A stretch of 38,733 nucleotides of DNA from Octopus bimaculoides (GCF_001194135.2 NC_068987.1:85169261-85207993), one strand, 5' to 3'. Shown: positions 24,032 to 38,529, numbered from the stretch's first letter. Notes: generated by a model from the letters alone, not told the origin. Numbers and translations are program-made.

Positions 24032-24073
<42 letters not shown>

Positions 24074-24208
24074 GCATATATGCATATATATATATCTATA
24101 TATATACGTATGTATAAATATATATATATATATATATACGTATGTGTATATATATATATATGTATATATATATATAGTATTTAATATGTATTTTTTTATA
24201 ATAATAAT

Positions 24209-24549
24209 AACAAGGCAACACCAATGTCCTCTCAACGATCAGCCAGAGATGATTTTTTAAATGAGAATATCTGAAATAAACTCGACTGCTCTCACAAACG
24301 AGAATAATAAGAATGAACCCGACCGTTGTCAAAAATTACGTAAAAAAGAAAACAGGAAAAATAATCCAGAATCCTTGTCCGGTACCGGACCGATCCCAAA
24401 ATCTATTGAGTTCGTGCCAGTCTTGAGACCAAACATCTCTGAAAGTTTCATCCGAATCCATCCCGCAGTTCTTGAAATATCTTGTCCACGGACAAACAAG
24501 CAAACATGACGGAAAACGACACCTCCGTCTTCGTTAAGGCGGAGATAAT
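24209..24549 (+). mobile_element. Non-autonomous Helentron/HINE (DINE-1/pearl-like) element
   Basis: It has a terminal stem-loop CTCCGTCTT-cgtt-AAGGCGGAG (24523-24544) preceded by an ACAA/ACGG microsatellite-like block, an internal perfect palindrome GTCCGGTACCGGAC (24377-24390), and AT-rich flanks. Orientation is assigned from the hairpin position. Confidence 0.65.
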
Positions 24550-26884
24550 AAAAGCAATTTTATATTATGCTGAAGGATTACTCAACACTTTTTGTTAAAT
24601 GCGGTCCAATGAAGATAAGAAGGTTGAAACTTTGAAGTCACTGGCACACACTTCTTGTAAAAATATAAATGATTTGACTGTGTACTCTACATTTTCTAAA
24701 TCTGCGCAGACACGCACGATCACATGCGCGCACAAATGCTCATACACAAATACAAAAACTGAAACACTCAAATACACACAAATTCATGCACATCTATGTA
24801 CATACATACATACATACATACATACATACATACATACATACATACATACATGCATACATACATACATACAATTTTACGTACGTACATACATACATGCATA
24901 CATATATTCCTACAGTGCAATTAAAACTACAATTTGTAACTTATAATTTATAATTATGATCATCTTTTGCAAATGAAGAATATGTAAGATGGTGTAATGA
25001 ATATGCAACAAACAACAGCTCATGTTTTTGTTTTCGACATACATGCATACATACATACTACGTATTTATATTTCATACAATTGACGTGAACGAATTAAGA
25101 TCGCTTAACTTATTCAACATGTATGAAATGATACTGGAATTAACATAATGAGAATAACACTGGACTATGTTTATAAATTAAAGAAATTCTTTTTGCAGAT
25201 GTCTGTAGAAAAAAGCATTTGAAAAGTATTTGAGAAAAGTATTTAAGAAACCTTTATATTTCCAGAAGTATAGACAAAAATGTTAAGAGACACTCTGCCG
25301 CAATTTAAAATTACTATGTTTCTGTGAAAAAAAAAACTAAATTTCGATGACAATATAGTAAAATTGGAATTTATAAGAGTTTTCTAGAGAGTGTAAATTT
25401 TAGTATTTGCTTTCTTTTAGTAAAGTTGCATATTCATGACTAATTAGTAAGCAGCTTTCTTTATGATAGTAGAGATTCTGAAAAACAGAAACTGGTATTT
25501 ACTTCAAATCATTTACAGATATTCCTGCTCATAATAATAATTTTACAGGAATCAGTGAGAATGAAAGTAACAGCGTGTGGTGCAGTCATCTGTGGTTTAA
25601 AAAACTCTTCCAGGATGTAATATTTTCAGTTTCAATATAGATTTTTGAAACAAGCTAGATGCCAAACAAACACAAGTATGTTTGCGTAGGCTTGTTTCTG
25701 TGTATTTGTACAAGAATTCTCATAGTCACGTATGTATGTATGAATGGTTACTTATATGAATGGATACATGCTTGTTTTTTGTTTTTTTGTTTTGTTTACA
25801 GTTTATATATTTATTTATTCAAGGCTAATTTTAGGTGCATTTCTGCAAGTGAATGTCCGGGTAAATTGACAGCTATAGCCCTACAAGTGCAGTGAAGTAC
25901 ATTGTGGCCGAATTTTTTTAACAGACAAACGCGGGNNNNNNNNNNNNNNNNNNNNNNNNNNNNNNNNNNNNNNNNNNNNNNNNNNNNNNNNNNNNNNNNN
26001 NNNNNNNNNNNNNNNNNNNNNNNNNNNNNNNNNNNNNNNNNNNNNNNNNNNNNNNNNNNNNNNNNNNNNNNNNNNNNNNNNNNNNNNNNNNNNNNNNNNN
26101 NNNNNNNNNNNNNNNNNNNNNNNNNNNNNNNNNNNNNNNNNNNNNNNNNNNNNNNNNNNNNNNNNNNNNNNNNNNNNNNNNNNNNNNNNNNNNNNNNNNN
26201 NNNNNNNNNNNNNNNNNNNNNNNNNNNNNNNNNNNNNNNNNNNNNNNNNNNNNNNNNNNNNNNNNNNNNNNNNNNNNNNNNNNNNNNNNNNNNNNNNNNN
26301 NNNNNNNNNNNNNNNNNNNNNNNNNNNNNNNNNNNNNNNNNNNNNNNNNNNNNNNNNNNNNNNNNNNNNNNNNNNNNNNNNNNNNNNNNNNNNNNNNNNN
26401 NNNNNNNNNNNNNNNNNNNNNNNNNNNNNNNNNNNNNNNNNNNNNNNNNNNNNNNNNNNNNNNNNNNNNNNNNNNNNNNNNNNNNNNNNNNNNNNNNNNN
26501 NNNNNNNNNNNNNNNNNNNNNNNNNNNNNNNNNNNNNNNNNNNNNNNNNNNNNNTATACATACAGAGACAGAGAGGGAGAGAGAGAGAGAGAAAGTAGAA
26601 GAAATAACCAGACACATGTTTTCTTTCCCCCCTCTCTTTCTCTCTCTCACTCTCTTTTCCTTTCTCTCTCACGCACATACACACTCATTAAACGCTTCAT
26701 TATTCTCAGTTACACTGCCAGGGACATTCCTAATCTACCCACAGATTCCCTTTGGTTGTTAATACCATTTTGTGTTTAATTATTTAAGAAGACAGGAATC
26801 AGACACTGAAAGCAGCAAGAAGAATAAAACATAAAAAAAAACAACCACCAAATAAAAAAAGCAACAGCAAAAAAGAAGCATTGA

Positions 26885-27232
26885 CTACTGATACTACCAC
26901 CACCACCACCACTACCACCACCACAATCATCACCACAACACCAACACTAACACCATCACAAAACTCACAGTTTCAATACCACCATCACCACCACCACCAC
27001 TATCACTACTACTACAACTACCACTACTACTGCTACTACTACCAACACCATTTCTATCAGCGTCGCCGCCACCACCACCGACAACAACACCAACACTACC
27101 ACCACCATCACCTCTACAACCACTTACGCCACCACTTCTAGTATTACTTCTTGAACTACTATTACCACAGCCAGCACCGGTTCTACTACTACTACCACTA
27201 CTACAACTACAACTACTACTGTTACTGCTGCT
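26885..27232. repeat. CCA/CTA/CAA trinucleotide mosaic
   Basis: Read directly from the sequence. Confidence 0.9.
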
Positions 27233-27506
27233 GCGACATTGTTTTCTTTTTTTTTTTTCATTCTTCTACCCATTATTTTGAATAATTGGAATAATAAAAA
27301 ATTCTCAAAATCCAATTCGCAACAACCCAAAATTATGTACAAAAAATTCTTCAAAAATTGCATGTCTGTGTGTTTGACAGTGTGTATGCATGTGTGTGTG
27401 TGTGTGTGTATGTGTGTGTATGCATAAATTAATAAAACATATACCCATATATATATTCCTTTTATTTCTTTTATGCATATACATTCATACACATGTGTGA
27501 GTGCAG

Positions 27507-27558
<52 letters not shown>

Positions 27559-27618
27559 GGGTGGGTGTGTGTGTATGTATGTGTGTGCGTGTGTGTGTAT
27601 ATGTATTTATGTATGTAG

Positions 27619-27649
<31 letters not shown>

Positions 27650-27893
27650 AATATATATATATATATACATACATATGTGCATTATTCATTTATATATGTA
27701 TATGGATGGATGTATATATGTATGAATTTTTGTATCCATAGACATACATATATACGCAGGAGAGATAAAGAGAGTGGGTGTATAACAAGTGTATGCGTGT
27801 GGATTTGGGGTGCTTGTGTGCATAAATTCATATATACATTTATGAACTCATGCACAACCATGAACACATTATGTATATGCATCTATATATGCA

Positions 27894-27929
<36 letters not shown>

Positions 27930-27957
27930 TTCACAGATGTATATGTATGAGCGAGGC

Positions 27958-28027
<70 letters not shown>

Positions 28028-28345
28028 TGTTTGTCAGGGCCTGTATGACTGTGTCTGTACGTGCCTGTGAGTGCGCGCGTGCGGAACCATATCTGGTATT
28101 AAGAATTATATTCTATAGTCTTCAGCTCCATTCATCTCATGGCATCACTCAACCAACGCATTCCTTGAATCTCTCTCTCTCTCTCTCATTCTCTGACTTT
28201 CACCCATTCTCTTTGTCTTCCGTTCATTGTCTCCCAATTCTTCTACCACCTCCCTCTTCTTTTGTCGTGTCTCGTGTACTTTTTCTTCTTTTTCTACGTC
28301 TTCTTCGTTTCCTTCGCCTTCCACTTCTTCGTTTCCTTCGCCCAC

Positions 28346-29101
<756 letters not shown>

Positions 29102-29334
29102 CTCTACCAGGGATATCACTACACCTCGATAAACTCCTCACCATTAACGAGGGAACCTCTACATAGTGAATTGAACTGTTAGAACTTGCAATGAAATCTC
29201 CCTTCAAATGGCACCATATTGTCTACAGAAAGGAACACATTTAATAATGTGCTTATAATAATGTCACACATGGCAAAAAGAAGTTTCGTTTTTCCTTTTC
29301 ATCGCTGAAAATATGATTCCTTTCTTTCTGTGTT

Positions 29335-29660
29335 TCCCTTGCTTCAATGATTGAACCAGAGCCATGCTGGAGCACCGCCTTTCAGCTTTCTTGTGTATGT
29401 ATAGAGCAAATCGACTCCTATACTTTTGAAAGACTGGAACCTACTATACCGGTGTCTTTCGCTGAACTGTTTAGTTATAGAGAAGTATACAACCCTCATC
29501 ATTTATCAAACTGTGGGGTGGACACATACAGACATACACAAACACATACATACAACGTGTTTCCACAAAATTTCCATTTCCTAAATTACCCTCACAGTTC
29601 ATTCGTCGGCAAGGGCTACAGTAGAAGACAGTTGCTCAAGGTACAACACGGTGACCTTCC
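29335..29660 (-). mobile_element. SINE family B, old near full-length copy
   Basis: gccatgctggagcaccgccttt...gagcaaatcgactcc...(CA-rich)...ctcaca...ctacagtagaagacagttgctcaaggt. Confidence 0.8.
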
Positions 29661-30010
29661 CAATGATTTTTTTTTTTTTTGAAACAGTAGAATATTGTTT
29701 ATGGGAGGGAGATTTGGGTGTTATAGTTAGCAGGTCTAGCGATTACACACGAGTTTCTACGTTTGCTCATGTGACTAAATTGAATAAATGGCTGTAACCG
29801 TGTGGAACAAAGAGGAAACAACAACGACGTGAAATCAGAAACAAAGGATAGAGTGACAACAATGGCGACCAGAAAACGTCAACAGTAACAACAAATAAAA
29901 TGACTGCCAAAACAAGAAATATTGGGTCAAAAGCAATGAAATTCCTCCATTTTAAAATCTATTGGAAAAGATTGAGGAGACAATTGAATTATTTGTGACT
30001 GCGAAACTAC

Positions 30011-30065
<55 letters not shown>

Positions 30066-30409
30066 GCTACTACGATGGTGATGATAACGCTAAATGTTTC
30101 AATGATCATGGTGTTGACATTACCAGATGAATGCTAATTGCTCGGAAGTCGGTATGATACAGATGACAAAGGGTGGCGGCGTGGTGGTGGTGGGTTTTAA
30201 TTGTGGGTAANNNNNNNNNNNNNNNNNNNNNNNNNNNNNNNNAGGGGGGGGGGGTGATTAGTGCGATTTATTGGTAAGGAATTATAGCGTAGTAGTATAT
30301 TAGTAAAGGGAATTATCGCTGATGTTGTTGACGTTGTTATTGGTGCTTCTGTTGATGTTGGTTAACCTGAGTTCAGACATGATGGAAGAACCACGTGGTG
30401 ACATCTGTC

Positions 30410-30690
30410 CCATGTGTTTTCTACTATAACCCTGGGCTGTCCAATAACTTGTGAGTGATTATGATAGACGGAAACTGCGTGAAACCCCGTCTCATGTATG
30501 TGTGTGTGTATCTGTATTTGTCACCCCCACTGCTTGACAACCGGTGTTGGTTTATTTATGTCCCTGTAACGTAGTGGCTGTGCAATACCAGAATTAACAG
30601 TATGGAACGCTGTTGATTTGTTCGACGGAACTCGTTAAGACGGTTTCCTAGCATGGCCGCTATCCAATGACTGAAAACAGTACAAAAGAA
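30410..30690 (+). mobile_element. SINE family B, old copy lacking a clear head
   Basis: gtgttttctactataaccctggg...ttgtgagtg..gatagacggaaactg...(TG)n...gcttgacaaccggtgttgg...gcatggccgc...aatgactgaaa. Confidence 0.8.
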
Positions 30691-30848
30691 GAAGACTAAA
30701 AAATAAAAAAAAAACATTTGATGATGCTGTTTTAGAGTTACTATGATCCGTTATAAGAGAGAAAGAGAGACAGAGAGGGAGGGAAGGAGGAAAGGAGGTA
30801 AAGAGATAGATTGAGAAAAGGAAAAGGAAAAGACAGAAAGAGTGAGAT

Positions 30849-30896
<48 letters not shown>

Positions 30897-31099
30897 ATAT
30901 AGAGAGAGAAAGAGGAAAAGAGAGAAACAGAAGGAGAAAAAAGAGACAAAGAAAGAGAGAAGGAGGAGAAAGTTGGGATAATACCATGTGGAAAACCTTT
31001 TAACCACAGGTATGTCTGATCGGTGCAGATTTAATATTAGACAAGGAAAACAAATGCAACAAAAACAACAACGATTTCATTCTCTTTTTTACTCTTCTT

Positions 31100-31305
31100 A
31101 CTCTTTTACGTTTTTCAGTCATTTGACTGCGGCCATGCTGCAGCACCGCCTTTAGTCGAGCAAATCGACCGCAGGACTTATTCTTTGTAAGCCTAGTACT
31201 TGATCTATCGGTTTCTTTTGCCGAACCGCTAAGTTACAGGGACGTAAACACACCACCATCGGTTGTCAAGCGATGTTGGGGGGACAAACACAGATACACA
31301 AACAT

Positions 31306-31320
<15 letters not shown>
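31100..31320 (-). mobile_element. SINE family B, young 3' half (5' half probably in the gap)
   Basis: Close reverse-complement match to 36021-36190. It runs into (CA)n(TA)n and then the N gap. Confidence 0.92.
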
Positions 31321-31378
<58 letters not shown>

Positions 31379-32284
31379 NNNNNNNNNNNNNNNNNNNNNN
31401 NNNNNNNNNNNNNNNNNNNNNNNNNNNNNNNNNNNNNNNNNNNNNNNNNNNNNNNNNNNNNNNNNNNNNNNNNNNNNNNNNNNNNNNNNNNNNNNNNNNN
31501 NNNNNNNNNNNNNNNNNNNNNNNNNNNNNNNNNNNNNNNNNNNNNNNNNNNNNNNNNNNNNNNNNNNNNNNNNNNNNNNNNNNNNNNNNNNNNNNNNNNN
31601 NNNNNNNNNNNNNNNNNNNNNNNNNNNNNNNNNNNNNNNNNNNNNNNNNNNNNNNNNNNNNNNNNNNNNNNNNNNNNNNNNNNNNNNNNNNNNNNNNNNN
31701 NNNNNNNNNNNNNNNNNNNNNNNNNNNNNNNNNNNNNNNNNNNNNNNNNNNNNNNNNNNNNNNNNNNNNNNNNNNNNNNNNNNNNNNNNNNNNNNNNNNN
31801 NNNNNNNNNNNNNNNNNNNNNNNNNNNNNNNNNNNNNNNNNNNNNNNNNNNNNNNNNNNNNNNNNNNNNNNNNNNNNNNNNNNNNNNNNNNNNNNNNNNN
31901 NNNNNNNNNNNNNNNNNNNNNNNNNNNNNNNNNNNNNNNNNNNNNNNNNNNNNNNNNNNNNNNNNNNNNNNNNNNNNNNNNNNNNNNNNNNNNNNNNNNN
32001 NNNNNNNNNNNNNNNNNNNNNNNNNNNNNNNNNNNNNNNNNNNNNNNNNNNNNNNNNNNNNNNNNNNNNNNNNNNNNNNNNNNNNNNNNNNNNNNNNNNN
32101 NNNNNNNNNNNNNNNNNNNNNNNNNNNNNNNCATTCTTTTAGTGTCTTCTAATTTAAAACACTCACAGGTAAAATTATAAGGCACTAAAAGAGAATGACT
32201 CTCCCCAGACACAACAGAATATGCTTCAACACACGAACTCACATAAACAATCTTGCATATGTATATATAGTATGTATGTGTGTG

Positions 32285-32480
32285 ATTGCTTGTCTCCCAT
32301 CACCGCTTGACAAACGGTATTTTTGTGTTTACGTCCCTGTAACTTAACAGTTCGTCAAATGTGACGAACAGAATAATTACTAGGCTTCTAATGATAAATG
32401 CTGTGATCGATTTACACGACTAAATTACTTCAAGGTGGTGCCTTACTATGGCCGTATTCTGCTAACTAAAACAAGTAAAT
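32285..32480 (+). mobile_element. SINE family B, old 3' half
   Basis: cgcttgacaaacgg...gtgtttacgtccctgtaacttaacagttcg...tactaggctt...gatcgatttacacgacta...tatggccg...aaacaagtaaa. Confidence 0.8.
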
Positions 32481-32554
32481 CATTGTCCTTGAGATCAATA
32501 CCTGTTTCGGATCTCATCGGAACTCATATCAGGAGTCGAATATATGCCCCACAG

Positions 32555-32908
32555 TGAGAGACTCGCGGTCGTAGAATCCAGGTTTCGATTCCCACACCGA
32601 GCGTTGTGAGTGTTTATTGAGCTAAAACACCTAAAGCTCCACGAGGCTCCGGCAGGGGGATGGTGGCGAACCCTGCTGTACTCTTCCTCCACAACTTTCT
32701 CTCACTCTTACTTCCTGTTTCTGGTGTACCGGTAATTCAAAGAGTCAGCCTTGTCACACTCTGTGTCATGCTGAATCTCCCCGAGAACTACGTTAAGGGC
32801 ACACGTGTCTGTGGAGTGCTTAGCCACTTGCACTTTAACTTCACGAGCAGGCTGTTCCGTTGATTGCATCAACTGGAACCCTCGACGTCGTAAGCGACGG
32901 AGCGCCAC
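32555..32908 (+). mobile_element. SINE family C (third tRNA-derived SINE)
   Basis: A B-box-like GGTTTCGATTCCC at about 32581 is followed by about 320 bp of complex, CpG-retaining sequence ending gtcgtaagcgacggagcgccac. It is a single copy in this window. The family call rests on the architecture and on my recollection of octopus repeats. Confidence 0.55.
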
Positions 32909-33062
32909 GATAGTTGGTTTCTTTGTATGCAGTGCATGTTCATTGATAGAGCACTAATTTAGAGGCAGACTATGCCAAAAATAAGCTCAATTGAGTTTAA
33001 CTCACAAGCAATAGTAATTTTTATTGAGTCCATTTTCTGGGTTAATACTTTATAAGACGAAA

Positions 33063-33277
33063 GGCAGTGAGCTGGCAGAAACGTTAGCACGCCGGGCAAA
33101 ATGCTTAGCGGTATTTCGCCCGTCGCTACGTTCTGAGTTCAAATTCCGCCGAGGTCGACTTTGCCTTTCATCCTTTCGAGATTGATAAATTAAGTACCAG
33201 TTGGGTACTGGAGGCGATCTAATCGACTGGCCTCCTACCCCAAAATTTCGGGCCTTATGCCTAGAGTAGAAAATATT
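33063..33277 (+). mobile_element. SINE family A, young full-length copy
   Basis: ggcagtgagctggcagaaacgttagcacgccggg...gagttcaaattccgccgaggtcgac...gcctagagtagaaaatatt. Confidence 0.93.
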
Positions 33278-33629
33278 CTAATACGATATGAGACGAATGA
33301 TTCAGTTATGTGTGCGTGTGTATGTGTGTGTGTGAGTTTGTGCGCACTTGTGAATGCGCGCATGTGTGCGTGCTGTGTGTGTCCGTGCGTGTTGTGTGTG
33401 TGTTTTTCAAACTTATATCAGTTAACTGACGCTTACTAAAGCTACACATTCTTTGTTGAGTACGGTCAAAACTTTCTACATTTCTTGTCATAAATATTTG
33501 AAATTGTCTCCTAAATTCTAGGCTAACTGACCTTACTCAGACAGACACGATGTTCAGACAATGTGGGAGACAGTTCAGGAACCCGACCGTCTTCAATAAG
33601 ATGGATAGTTGTACAAAGAAATAGAATTG

Positions 33630-33707
<78 letters not shown>

Positions 33708-34415
33708 GTAAAGACAAGCAATAAGTAATGAACATGAGACAAACCAAGGGATAACTAAATAAATAAATAAATAAAAGGCATAATGAGATTTTTGTCTGTG
33801 ATAGTCTACAAATTGATCTTGTCACCATTAAAGTCTCTGGAAATGGCTTTTATTTGTATCGTATTCACTGGCACTCAGACAAAATGAAAAAAAAAAAAGG
33901 TTAAATATAATATAATTTTAAATAAGCCCCCAAATCACACAATAAAGTAGTAAATATTGTAACAAGTTCTGTACATACGAAATACGTACATACGTACGTA
34001 CGTACGAACGAACGAACGAACATACATACATCAAAGCATTAGTTGAACATCAGCGCTCGCATAATTGATATGTCATTAACTGTTAGAGAAAATATGTGAA
34101 CCAGGCGGTTTAATCTTAATTTATGTTACCTCATATAATGTTGAGGTGAGTTAACGAGGAATGGGTTGAATTCGACTACTACAGCAAATAGGAGTTTTTA
34201 CTGGGTCAGTGATACTTAAACATCTACTGGGTCACTAGATATATATCTTTGGCGGAGGTGTTCTTAGTAATGGAGTCTGACACACGCCAGAAAGAGACCG
34301 AGGAAGTAGGAAAGAAAAAAAAGTGAAAGGCGAGTTAGTGAGGATGGCGGGAGACAGAGGGGGATGGGTTACAGAACACAGGAAACGTGTTTTCGCGCGC
34401 GCTCACGCGTATATA

Positions 34416-34449
<34 letters not shown>

Positions 34450-34629
34450 CATACTTATACACACACATACACACACATATGTGCATATACATGAATGGGT
34501 ATATGTATATACATATATACATACATATATATGTATATACGCATATATATGTGTGTGTATGTATTTATACATACATATAAATATACTTAGAGAGAGATAG
34601 TGCACTTGCAGTGTTATGTATGCATACAC

Positions 34630-34668
<39 letters not shown>

Positions 34669-35621
34669 NNNNNNNNNNNNNNNNNNNNNNNNNNNNNNNN
34701 NNNNNNNNNNNNNNNNNNNNNNNNNNNNNNNNNNNNNNNNNNNNNNNNNNNNNNNNNNNNNNNNNNNNNNNNNNNNNNNNNNNNNNNNNNNNNNNNNNNN
34801 NNNNNNNNNNNNNNNNNNNNNNNNNNNNNNNNNNNNNNNNNNNNNNNNNNNNNNNNNNNNNNNNNNNNNNNNNNNNNNNNNNNNNNNNNNNNNNNNNNNN
34901 NNNNNNNNNNNNNNNNNNNNNNNNNNNNNNNNNNNNNNNNNNNNNNNNNNNNNNNNNNNNNNNNNNNNNNNNNNNNNNNNNNNNNNNNNNNNNNNNNNNN
35001 NNNNNNNNNNNNNNNNNNNNNNNNNNNNNNNNNNNNNNNNNNNNNNNNNNNNNNNNNNNNNNNNNNNNNNNNNNNNNNNNNNNNNNNNNNNNNNNNNNNN
35101 NNNNNNNNNNNNNNNNNNNNNNNNNNNNNNNNNNNNNNNNNNNNNNNNNNNNNNNNNNNNNNNNNNNNNNNNNNNNNNNNNNNNNNNNNNNNNNNNNNNN
35201 NNNNNNNNNNNNNNNNNNNNNNNNNNNNNNNNNNNNNNNNNNNNNNNNNNNNNNNNNNNNNNNNNNNNNNNNNNNNNNNNNNNNNNNNNNNNNNNNNNNN
35301 NNNNNNNNNNNNNNNNNNNNNNNNNNNNNNNNNNNNNNNNNNNNNNNNNNNNNNNNNNNNNNNNNNNNNNNNNNNNNNNNNNNNNNNNNNNNNNNNNNNN
35401 NNNNNNNNNNNNNNNNNNNATCTTCCGTGATAACCTCAGACTTGTCAAACATTTAAGCTAAAGCAGTACGTTTTCTAATCATAGCGAAAACAGCCACACG
35501 CTCATTGAAAAGTTAATTTACTCCAGTGACCCAGGAGACAATATAAACCATTTTGCCTTGGACTGCAGTCATTTTGTCCGCTGAACCATTGTTGTCCTTG
35601 TTATTGATATTGTTGTTGAAC

Positions 35622-35707
<86 letters not shown>

Positions 35708-35833
35708 TTTATTTCTCTTTTTTTTATTTCTTTATGTTGTTGTTACCGATTTTTATGTTCTTCAGAAAGAATAAATAATTGAACGCTTAACATACTAGTC
35801 GTAGTGTATATATATGTATGTATGTATATATAT

Positions 35834-36199
35834 GAGTGGCTGTGTGGTAAGTAGCTTGCTTACCAACCACATGGCTCCGGGTTCAGTCCCACTGCATGGC
35901 ACCTTGGACAAGTGTCTTCTACTAAAGCCTCGGGCCGACCAGAGCATTGTGAGTGGATTTGTTAGACGAAAACTGAAAGTATCCCGTCGTATATATGTAT
36001 ATATATATATNNNNNNNNNNCAACCGATGCTGGTGTATTTACGTCCCCGTAACTTAGCGGATCGGCAAAAGAGATCCAAAGAATAAGTACTAGGCTTACA
36101 AAGAATAAGTCCTTGGGTTGATTTGCTCAACTAAAAGCGGTGCTGCAGCATGGCCGCAGTCAAATGACTGAAACAAGTAAAAGAGTAAAAGCGTAAAAG
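35834..36199 (+). mobile_element. SINE family B, young full-length copy (tRNA head, internal microsatellite, (AAAAGAGT)-like tail)
   Basis: It has an A-box-like TGGCTGTGTGGT, a B-box-like GGGTTCAGTCCC, the segment ccttggacaagtgtctt, an internal (TA)n with a small gap, the 3' body, and the tail aagtaaaagagtaaaagcgtaaaagag. Confidence 0.92.
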
Positions 36200-36202
36200 A
36201 GT

Positions 36203-36243
<41 letters not shown>

Positions 36244-36260
36244 NNNNNNNNNNNAAAAGA

Positions 36261-36307
<47 letters not shown>

Positions 36308-37775
36308 AAAATTTATACAAGATATAGACAACAAAGATTATACAGATTTTGTTTCTGTGGCGTAACACGAGCTATAATTTGCTGAGTTTTTCATTAGTAT
36401 ACTAATATACTATCATATAAAATTATTTTATAAATACTTAGAATAACATCCAGCAACAGGCGTTTATTTGTAGGCAGTACTTTACGAGCAATCTACCCGG
36501 TGATGCACTGGCACACGGCCGTTGCCAGATCATATTTATATCTTTAATTAATTATAAAATAATTTTATATAATAATATATGAGCAGATTCCAATAGGTGT
36601 CACGGCACAGAAACAAGTATTGTATTTCGTAATTAAAAATTGTTTTTTTTTGTTTGTTTGTTTTTTTTCCTATCTCCTCTTATATAAAATCTTATATAAA
36701 TTCTATACACAGAACTCCACATCTTTATCCAGCTCAGGAAATAGCATAAATGTATTACGGCATACAAGCTTTTAAGTGTAAGTTACGAGGTTATTACCCA
36801 GATAATATTGACTATAATCATATATAGATATGTATCTTTACCTCTCTCTGTCTCTCTCACACTCTCTTACTCTTTCTTTCTGTCTTTTTTCAGCCTCGCT
36901 TTCTCTCTCTCTCTCTNNNNNNNNNNNNNNNNNNNNNNNNNNNNNNNNNNNNNNNNNNNNNNNNNNNNNNNNNNNNNNNNNNNNNNNNNNNNNNNNNNNN
37001 NNNNNNNNNNNNNNNNNNNNNNNNNNNNNNNNNNNNNNNNNNNNNNNNNNNNNNNNNNNNNNNNNNNNNNNNNNNNNNNNNNNNNNNNNNNNNNNNNNNN
37101 NNNNNNNNNNNNNNNNNNNNNNNNNNNNNNNNNNNNNNNNNNNNNNNNNNNNNNNNNNNNNNNNNNNNNNNNNNNNNNNNNNNNNNNNNNNNNNNNNNNN
37201 NNNNNNNNNNNNNNNNNNNNNNNNNNNNNNNNNNNNNNNNNNNNNNNNNNNNNNNNNNNNNNNNNNNNNNNNNNNNNNNNNNNNNNNNNNNNNNNNNNNN
37301 NNNNNNNNNNNNNNNNNNNNNNNNNNNNNNNNNNNNNNNNNNNNNNNNNNNNNNNNNNNNNNNNNNNNNNNNNNNNNNNNNNNNNNNNNNNNNNNNNNNN
37401 NNNNNNNNNNNNNNNNNNNNNNNNNNNNNNNNNNNNNNNNNNNNNNNNNNNNNNNNNNNNNNNNNNNNNNNNNNNNNNNNNNNNNNNNNNNNNNNNNNNN
37501 NNNNNNNNNNNNNNNNNNNNNNNNNNNNNNNNNNNNNNNNNNNNNNNNNNNNNNNNNNNNNNNNNNNNNNNNNNNNNNNNNNNNNNNNNNNNNNNNNNNN
37601 NNNNNNNNNNNNNNNNNNNNNNNNNNNNNNNNNNNNNNNNNNNNNNNNNNNNNNNNNNNNNNNNNNNNNNNNNNNNNNNNNNNNNNNNNNNNNNNNNNNN
37701 NNNNNNNNNNNNNNNNNNNNNNNNNNNNNNNNNNNNNNNNNNNNNNNNNNNNNNNNNNNNNNNNAGAGAGAGAGA

Positions 37776-37821
<46 letters not shown>

Positions 37822-38480
37822 GGGAGAGATATAGATAGATGATGTTTTATTTAGTTCAACGTTAACAGAGATAGTAAAGTAAATTACTACCAATAACATC
37901 AATCAGTCTCACTAAAAGAGTAATGCGAAGTTGAAAATGTCATGATGTTATTTCTGTATGAAGAAATCGGTGGAATTCCAGTGATCCGAAAGGTCTTTGA
38001 GTAAAATGACCAACCATCTTATTTACATAATCATCCGGTGACATTTACAAGAATCTTGCACAATGCGTGCGTTGGTGTGTTTGCGTGTGTGTGTGTATGT
38101 GTGTGTGTGTGTGTATGTGTGTGTGTGTGTGTGCGTGTGTGCGTGCGTGCGTGTGTGTGACAGCAACTATTCGGAGAGAGCTACTATGCGTAAACGTTTG
38201 AAATATGATTGTGAGTACACATCTGTAGAAGTTGAAAGAAGGCTTATAAGTGTATCTAATTAAATGCGGTGACACCTCACTACAGGTCTCTCTTTCTCTC
38301 TCTTCGTCTCTCTCTTCCTTGTATCTTTCCGTCTACCTATTTGTTTACGCGTGCCTTCACATATACATGCACTCACATGCACACATACACATGCATACAC
38401 ACTTACGAACACGCATGTACAGACACATATATACTTGTATTAAGTATACTTAATATACTGTATAAACGGCAATAAATAAT

Positions 38481-38481
<1 letters not shown>

Positions 38482-38529
<48 letters not shown>

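Noticed and set aside
24261-24509. 82-aa ORF with normal-looking composition
   Set aside because: It lies wholly within the HINE-like non-coding element and has no domain signature.
24601-24645. aTGAAGA...GAAAC-TTTGAA-GTC motif
   Set aside because: C3 is missing, there is no stem II and stem I is out of register.
35834-35900. tRNA-like A and B boxes here and in other SINE heads
   Set aside because: They have no cloverleaf or acceptor stem and continue into SINE bodies, so they are not tRNA genes.
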